Positions 58,235 through 64,000 of a DNA stretch of 64,000 bases are shown in pieces. The stretch is taken from contig CACYCP010000057.1 in assembly GCA_902772985.1 (NCBI GenBank), positions 4,643 through 68,642 of the forward strand, read 5' to 3'. Both the position numbers and the translations under genes were made by a program. How positions within the stretch are numbered: position 1 is the first letter of the stretch; each line of letters starts with the position of its first letter. Under the pieces are notes generated by a model. It worked only from the letters and a program-made list of their open reading frames with translations. It did not search any database and was not told the origin of the DNA. Source of the stretch: an uncultured Bacteroidia bacterium. GTDB taxonomy: Bacteria; Bacteroidota; Bacteroidia; Bacteroidales; UBA932.

Positions 58235-60726
58235 TTTTCCTGGTATTTTCTTAAGTATTTCTCGAACTTTGCCTTCTCCTTCTGGGCCTTTTTCTCCAGT
58301 TTCCGGAGTATCTTCAGTTTTTTCGCCCTTTCCTTCTCCAGTTTTTTCTGGGCTTTCCGGGCCTTCTTCTCTTCGTAGATTTTATCCTTTTCTGCCCATT
58401 TCGCTTCCCTTTTTGCCTGCTTCAAGGCCTTCTGTCGCTCCTTTTCTGAAATTACGGGTTTCGCTTCCTCATCGGCCTTTTCTTCCTTAAGATCCGTCTT
58501 TGCCGACAGTGAATCTGCGGGGGCGATTGTCAGGCTGTCGGCTGGAGAGGGAAGGGTTTCAGTGGTATCGGCCAACGCCTTTATTTCTTCCTCGCTCAAT
58601 TCAGGTATGGGCTCTATAGGTTTATCCCTTTCGGCCATTTCCCTCGCAATATGGAGCGAATCCCTTATGGCTATGTCCCGGTAAACCTTTTTGATATAGC
58701 CGGGGAAGTATATGTCGGTTTGTTCAAAATTTACGTGCGGCTTTGCCAGGTAGCGCAGCCTTTCGCTGGCCCTTGGCGTGAGTGAAGTGACGTCCAGGGG
58801 CGACTGTGGCCGCCGTTCAGGTTCCCAGCGGAAGCCTTTCAGTTTGCGCTCGTCCTCCGGAAGCTGCACGGTGGGATATCCGTCGTTCGAGGGGTTGTCG
58901 AAGTAGTATATCTTCTCCATCTCACCGTCCTTGAAGGTGGCATAGAGCATTTTCGTCTCTACCTTGTTCACCGTTGCCAGCGCCCCCTGCTCCTCCAGGT
59001 AAAACACCGTGGAGGCTCCTCCAAGGGCGTCGAAACGCCTCAGGGCCGATGTGGAATCGAAGTAGGCTATGACCTCGGTCCCTCGGATCTGGTCGTACAT
59101 GTTCGCCTGCTCGTGTATGGTGATGAAGGCATTGCTAAGAAGGTGAGCCTTATCCACTTTCTGGTTCCGCATCACCAGGTATATGCTGTCCGAAGCGTAT
59201 TGGCGGTTGCCGTCACTGTAAACGATAGGGTCCTTGTACACGCGCACCAAGGAGTCCAGCTCGTTGTAGGCCAGCGAGTCGCTAACCATCTGCATATTCC
59301 TCCGAAACATCCTGACCCGCTTCGAGCCCCACATGAAATTAATCTTCGTGGTATCGGGCGGCGGTTCCACTTTGGCCTCCATAGCAAGGCTGTCCAATGG
59401 TGCGGCAAGGCTGTCCAAAGGTGCGGTAAGGCTGTCGGCCGGAACGGCAAGGCTATCGGCCGGAACGGCCAGACTGTCTGCGGGACTTTCCGCCGGTGCG
59501 GGCGGTTTTTCGGGCAGGGGAGGTTTCTTTTCGTCTCCGGACTTTGCGTTTTTCGAGCCTGATGCCTGCCCCTTTTTGTCCCCCAGGGCTGTCGGCGGCC
59601 GTAGTCCTGGAGAATTTTCAGCTTCTTTCCTGGCGGCTTCCTCGACCTCGGCTGCAGCAGCTTCCGCAGCCTTGCGCCTATACTCCGACACCGGATCACC
59701 GCTAACGTCCTCAAGGCGTTTCTGGGCATCCAGGAACAGATTTTGTTCGATGTCGCACTTTCGCCGCCCCAGCATTTTCAGCACTTCGGCGCCAATGTAC
59801 AGGGAGTCCCTTTCTTCTTCGGTGTCTCCGGTAATCACCATTATAGCCGGTTCCCTTGTCATTATGATTTGGGAGATGGAGTCGGTGTACTCCATCCGGC
59901 CTGCGAGGGCATAGGTGTTCTGGGTGGTGTCCATCACTTCCACCTTGCCCCGCATGTCAACATCGTTCGTGGTGCGGTAGTAGAAAAGGGTATCGGCCCA
60001 GATTTCCTGTTTTTTTGTTAGCAGGTGCACCTGACGCCGGAAGAAAAAGGTCTCGGCGTTGCGGTCGTACCAGCCATCGTTGGCGCTCAGCATCTTGTCG
60101 TCCTGCCACATGTCGGTGTTGTAACCGAAATAGGCGGTGGAAATGTCGCTGCGGTATTCCAGGCGCGAGGTTTTGATGAACGATGTGTCCATGTACATGT
60201 TCACCTTGTCGGTGAAAACGAAGAGGCTGGCCTTGGAATCGTAGGTGCCAAGGCGGCTTTCTATTATCTGCCCGTCCTTGTCCCGCATGGCTCCGCCGTC
60301 CTGGAAAATGGCAACAGAATCCTTCGTATTATAGTCCAGGTAGCGGGTTCGGAGAATGTTCTTGTCGCTGTCTTCCAGCTGGACCAGGTCGCCGCGGAAG
60401 CGGGCCATGTTTTCATCCACGATGTATTTCAGCGTGGAACTGGAGAGTTTTGTCTTTTCCTGAAGGATGCGCACATTGCCGATGGCATCGATAATATTGG
60501 TGTTGATGTTCCAAAGGGCGGTGTCGCAGTCCAGATAGGTGTTGTTGTGAAAAAAACGGGCGGGGCCAACCACCTTTCGGAAGCTTTCCCCGTCTTTTTC
60601 TATAAGCTGTGCGCTTTTTGCGTGCAGCAGAAGTACCTTATCGTCGTTTTCCTGGGCTTCGAGGGAAAATGCGGCACGCACAAGCAGCAGCAGACACAGA
60701 AGTATATGCAAGCCCCGGGTGCGCAC
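58231..60726 (-). CDS. OstA-like (LptA/LptD N-terminal beta-jellyroll) protein
   Basis: Signal peptide, CDTALW...AIGNV repeats, LKGFRW; follows surA as in other Bacteroidetes. Confidence 0.82.
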   Translation of the reverse strand: MRTRGLHILLCLLLLVRAAFSLEAQENDDKVLLLHAKSAQLIEKDGESFRKVVGPARFFHNNTYLDCDTALWNINTNIIDAIGNVRILQEKTKLSSSTLKYIVDENMARFRGDLVQLEDSDKNILRTRYLDYNTKDSVAIFQDGGAMRDKDGQIIESRLGTYDSKASLFVFTDKVNMYMDTSFIKTSRLEYRSDISTAYFGYNTDMWQDDKMLSANDGWYDRNAETFFFRRQVHLLTKKQEIWADTLFYYRTTNDVDMRGKVEVMDTTQNTYALAGRMEYTDSISQIIMTREPAIMVITGDTEEERDSLYIGAEVLKMLGRRKCDIEQNLFLDAQKRLEDVSGDPVSEYRRKAAEAAAAEVEEAARKEAENSPGLRPPTALGDKKGQASGSKNAKSGDEKKPPLPEKPPAPAESPADSLAVPADSLAVPADSLTAPLDSLAAPLDSLAMEAKVEPPPDTTKINFMWGSKRVRMFRRNMQMVSDSLAYNELDSLVRVYKDPIVYSDGNRQYASDSIYLVMRNQKVDKAHLLSNAFITIHEQANMYDQIRGTEVIAYFDSTSALRRFDALGGASTVFYLEEQGALATVNKVETKMLYATFKDGEMEKIYYFDNPSNDGYPTVQLPEDERKLKGFRWEPERRPQSPLDVTSLTPRASERLRYLAKPHVNFEQTDIYFPGYIKKVYRDIAIRDSLHIAREMAERDKPIEPIPELSEEEIKALADTTETLPSPADSLTIAPADSLSAKTDLKEEKADEEAKPVISEKERQKALKQAKREAKWAEKDKIYEEKKARKAQKKLEKERAKKLKILRKLEKKAQKEKAKFEKYLRKYQEK
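59384..59485 (-). repeat. Five 21-bp tandem repeats encoding P(A/L)DSL(A/T)(V/A)
   Basis: Units start at 59384, 59405, 59426, 59447 and 59468. Confidence 0.85.
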
Positions 60727-60728
60727 GG

Positions 60729-62102
60729 CTATTTACGTGTATTCCAAGCTTCGCGTGAAAATTCACAATCCTTGAACAGAGGATCGATAACGATGTACGT
60801 GGTCTTTATCTTGTCGTCCAGGAAGGCATCCACGGCCTCCATCTGCTTGTTAAGCTGGACGGTTTCCAGAATCTGGTTGTAATCGTTTTCGAACGTGGCG
60901 GTGTGGGCGGGAATAATCTTGTCCACCTTGATTATCTTGTACACCAGATTGCCGCTTCTCCCCTGCAGGTAACCTTCGTTGTCCAGGGATTCCACGGGGG
61001 CCGATATCTCACCCACCTTCAGGTTCCGGATGGCGTTGTAATCGGCAGGCTTCATCTGGTCTATCTCGAAGTAGGACGAGCCGGTGGAAGGGTCGGCCAT
61101 CTGTCCGCCGTTGGTGCGGGACGCGGGATCTTCCGAGAAGAAGCGGGCGGCCATGTCGAAGCTAATCTCGCCGGCCTCAATCTGCGTTTTCAGGCTGTCA
61201 AGCACGTGGAAGGCCTTTTCCTGGTCCTCGCTTGTGTACTGGGGTTTCATCAGTATGTGGCGGGCGTTGAACATGTCACCGCGCTTTTCAATGACGTCTA
61301 TGAGGTGGAATCCATCGGGAGTCTCTACAATCTGGGAGATGGTGCCGGGCCGAAGTGCCATTGCTGCATCGGAGAAGGCGGGCCAGAAGATGGACTTGGA
61401 CGCCATGCCCAGTTCTCCGCCTCGGCGTGCGCTCACAGGGTCTTCTGAATAGATGCGGGCCAGGGTTGCGAACTTTTCCCCGTTCATTATCCTTTCGCGA
61501 AGGCTAAGGAGTTTGTCCTTCACCGCAACTGCGGCGCCCTGGCGGTCCGGGTAGATGCAAATCTGGCTCATCTGGTATTTCACTGGAACTACCGGAAGGT
61601 CCTCCGGATCTGTCTCGGTCAAATATTTTTTCACGTCGTAGGGCGTAACTTCGGCCGCTTTCTGGGCAACGCTCGAGCGGGCCTGCTCGGTGAGGCTTTG
61701 CTCCTGAAGGATGGTGTACCATTCCTGGCGCAGCTTGTAGAGTGGCTTGCCGAAGTATTTTTCCAATTCCTCGTCACTTCCGGCCTGCGTGCGGAAATAG
61801 TCTATCCTTTGATTCAGGCTTCCTTCTACCAGGTCGCTGCTAACGCTCAGGGAGTCCACGCGGGCCTGCATCAGGAAAATCTTGGAAGTCATCATGTCTT
61901 CCATGACCTCGCAGCGCATGTCCCTGTCGCTGGAAAGGCCGTTCAGACGGCGCTGCTGCACCTCGGCCTCCACGTCGGAAAGCAGGATAACTTCACCGCC
62001 CACAACAGCCACGGTCTTGTCAATGACACCGTTGTATTTCTGGGCGTTAAGGCTTATGCAGGCAAGCAGGAGGGAGAGCCCTGTCAAAAATATGTTTTTC
62101 AT
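60729..62102 (-). CDS. surA: SurA-like parvulin PPIase chaperone
   Basis: DKTVAVVG, LARIYSED...GGELG, GFHLI, ARHIL, second parvulin domain. Confidence 0.9.
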   Translation of the reverse strand: MKNIFLTGLSLLLACISLNAQKYNGVIDKTVAVVGGEVILLSDVEAEVQQRRLNGLSSDRDMRCEVMEDMMTSKIFLMQARVDSLSVSSDLVEGSLNQRIDYFRTQAGSDEELEKYFGKPLYKLRQEWYTILQEQSLTEQARSSVAQKAAEVTPYDVKKYLTETDPEDLPVVPVKYQMSQICIYPDRQGAAVAVKDKLLSLRERIMNGEKFATLARIYSEDPVSARRGGELGMASKSIFWPAFSDAAMALRPGTISQIVETPDGFHLIDVIEKRGDMFNARHILMKPQYTSEDQEKAFHVLDSLKTQIEAGEISFDMAARFFSEDPASRTNGGQMADPSTGSSYFEIDQMKPADYNAIRNLKVGEISAPVESLDNEGYLQGRSGNLVYKIIKVDKIIPAHTATFENDYNQILETVQLNKQMEAVDAFLDDKIKTTYIVIDPLFKDCEFSREAWNTRK

Positions 62103-62105
62103 ATC

Positions 62106-62990
62106 TTAGTAAATGACGAATTTATTGTTCTTGCGCGCTTCTTCAAGCAAGTCTTGTTCCAAAGTCTCTTCCATGGAGTGTTTTCTGTTGGAAAGAATGA
62201 GGTCCCTTATCCTTTCGGTACAGTAGTCCTGCGGAGCGGTGCGGCCTTCCGGGACCCAGTCCAGGATGTAGGCGATGCGTCTGTTGCCGCCCTCGTCGGG
62301 AAGCTGCGCAAAGGCGTTTTTCATTGGGGGAAGTTCCCTCACCAGCGTGCGGTAATCGGTACCAAGCTCCTGTGCAAGGGGAATCGCGTCGGTCCAGCTG
62401 TCCGACAGGTCGGTATATTTGATTGCCACGGCGGCGGCCAGGGAATCGGCCTCCATCAGGTCTATCTCGTTGTCGGACGACATCAGGCCCTTCAACTTCT
62501 TGAAGCTCTTGGCATCGGCGGGAATTATCAGGCACCTGGCCTTGATGATGGGCCTGTCCAGGCGGAATTTCGCCTGGTTTTCTTTGTAATAGGCCGATAT
62601 TTCCTCGTCCGTCACAAGCGTGTCCAGACGCTGGTTTATGTAAAGTTGCTCGTAGCGGTATTTAAGGAGCGTGCGGCGGTATTCTTCCAGCTCACGGCTC
62701 ACGTCCTGCTCTTCCGGAGAGAGCTGGTCCATGGCCATTTCCACCATCAAAAGGTCTTTGGCCCAGGCGTTTATCCACTGGCTGGCAAGGGCTGCGCTGT
62801 CTTCCGGGGAAACGCCGCTGGGAATGTAGCTTTCAAGTTGGCTCAGGTACAACCTGTGCTCGCCCACTTTGGCGACCACCTGCCCGCGGAACAGCTCGTT
62901 CGTGGTGTCGGCCAGTTTTCCGGCGAATTTGCAGGAAACCGCGGCGACAGCCAGGGCAAAAATTGAGATATGTTTTAACCCTATACGCAT
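62106..62990 (-). CDS. PPIase-associated lipoprotein (SurA/EpsD-like)
   Basis: Lipobox AVSC, VAKVGEHRLY, EEISAYYKEN; upstream of surA. Confidence 0.8.
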   Translation of the reverse strand: MRIGLKHISIFALAVAAVSCKFAGKLADTTNELFRGQVVAKVGEHRLYLSQLESYIPSGVSPEDSAALASQWINAWAKDLLMVEMAMDQLSPEEQDVSRELEEYRRTLLKYRYEQLYINQRLDTLVTDEEISAYYKENQAKFRLDRPIIKARCLIIPADAKSFKKLKGLMSSDNEIDLMEADSLAAAVAIKYTDLSDSWTDAIPLAQELGTDYRTLVRELPPMKNAFAQLPDEGGNRRIAYILDWVPEGRTAPQDYCTERIRDLILSNRKHSMEETLEQDLLEEARKNNKFVIY

Positions 62991-63018
62991 ATATCCTGCA
63001 AATATACTAAATTTTTCC

Positions 63019-63999
63019 TCATTTGTCGAGGGCCAGGAGCAGGCGTACCAGGGCCGAGCGCACCTCGGCCTGCGTGGCGGTGGTGTTGTTCGTGAATATC
63101 GAGAAACTGGTCGCCGGCTTTCCGTCATCCCCGAGAATGTAGCCGGAATAGCACAGGATACCGTCCATGGAGCCGCTTTTCATCCTCAGGCGCGGGTTCG
63201 CCGGAAGCCCTCTCAGAGTGCCCTCTCCGGGCTGTGGAAGGGATGAAAGGAAAGCGTCGAAAGCCGGACTTTTCTGCATCGCATAAAGGAAGGAGGCCAT
63301 CCATTCAGGGGATATGTAGTTCATTCTTGAGAGCCCGCTGCCATCGACCTGGCGATACCCCCGTTCAAGGAGGCCAAGGTCCAGGAGAACATCTTTTATG
63401 GCTACCAGGCAGCTGTCATACACTGCAACGCCGCAGGAGGCTTCCCCCATAGCCCGGAGCAAGGACTCGGCGTAAAAATTGTCGCTCCGCACATTGCATT
63501 CCCTGGTGATGAGCCGGAGCTCCGGTCCTTCGCTTTCTCCCAGAGGTTTAAGCTCTTTGGAGGCCGGTCCCCCGCTTGCGAAATCCGGGCCGATGATATT
63601 CCCTCCGCGTCCCACGAAGGCATATCCGCCGGCAACTTCCCAGCCGCCGGAGATAAGGTTTTCCCTGAAATAATAGGCGCAGGTAAGGGCGCCGAACTTG
63701 TTCGCCGCGCGTTCAATCTTGGGCTTGCGGTCCTTGGCGTAGGTGCCCCGGAGCTGGGCGTAAGGAGAAACGTCGGTGGTGAAAAGGTAGAGGCTGTTAC
63801 CCGTGCCAGCCGCAGCGGTTTGGGACAGGTTCTCTATCTGGAGCCAGGGCGTCCGAGGGTAGCGTTGCCGCATATTCACGGGCTTTCCCTCTTCCGATGC
63901 GCTGACCTCCAGGTCTATGGTATTCTGGTAGAAGCAAAGGGAATTGCTGCCGGTTCCGTAGTAGGTTCCGGTATCGGCATAATCCCAGGAATAATGCTC
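63019..63999 (-). CDS. dacB: D-Ala-D-Ala carboxypeptidase/endopeptidase (PBP4, S13), 5'-truncated by the window edge
   Basis: WDYADTGTYYG, SDN, DGSGLSR, KSG. Confidence 0.9.
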   Translation of the reverse strand, partial: EHYSWDYADTGTYYGTGSNSLCFYQNTIDLEVSASEEGKPVNMRQRYPRTPWLQIENLSQTAAAGTGNSLYLFTTDVSPYAQLRGTYAKDRKPKIERAANKFGALTCAYYFRENLISGGWEVAGGYAFVGRGGNIIGPDFASGGPASKELKPLGESEGPELRLITRECNVRSDNFYAESLLRAMGEASCGVAVYDSCLVAIKDVLLDLGLLERGYRQVDGSGLSRMNYISPEWMASFLYAMQKSPAFDAFLSSLPQPGEGTLRGLPANPRLRMKSGSMDGILCYSGYILGDDGKPATSFSIFTNNTTATQAEVRSALVRLLLALDK

Positions 64000-64000
64000 C

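Noticed and set aside
1-64000. CRISPR array, tRNA/rRNA, IS, prophage, defence system, stop-codon recoding
   Set aside because: No repeat-spacer pattern, cloverleaf or mobile genes seen; genes read intact in the standard code.

Overview
A gene-dense, moderately GC-rich chromosomal segment with about 55 housekeeping and metabolic genes. I found no prophage, transposase, CRISPR array, rRNA or tRNA. Bacteroidetes-type promoters (TTTG-N19/20-TAnnTTTG), A-rich starts without Shine-Dalgarno sequences and the gene content point to an anaerobic Bacteroidales genome (inference: gut or rumen lineage). Genes include murU, an anaerobic sulfatase maturase, comM, ispE, an ECF sigma/anti-sigma pair, envC, nrdDG, a GH92 mannoside cluster, mdh, feoB, queH, purine genes, a P1B ATPase, two sulfatases, ahcY, nhaA, mutL, radA, galE, an OstA-like protein, surA and dacB. 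The most interesting signals are in the short intergenic gaps. (1) A candidate iron regulon: a 22-bp operator (20/22 identical copies) sits at the same position on the feoB promoter and on a hidden promoter driving a ~56-nt terminated sRNA, with a RIC/hemerythrin-LuxR one-component regulator 2.6 kb away. (2) A second orphan sRNA at ~37093-37156. (3) A ~120-nt 6S-like structured RNA upstream of a PPTase gene. (4) A Zur-like box on a His-rich P1B ATPase. (5) A 105-bp symmetric element before ahcY. (6) Many apparently leaderless genes. All calls are from reading the sequence; no database searches were run.
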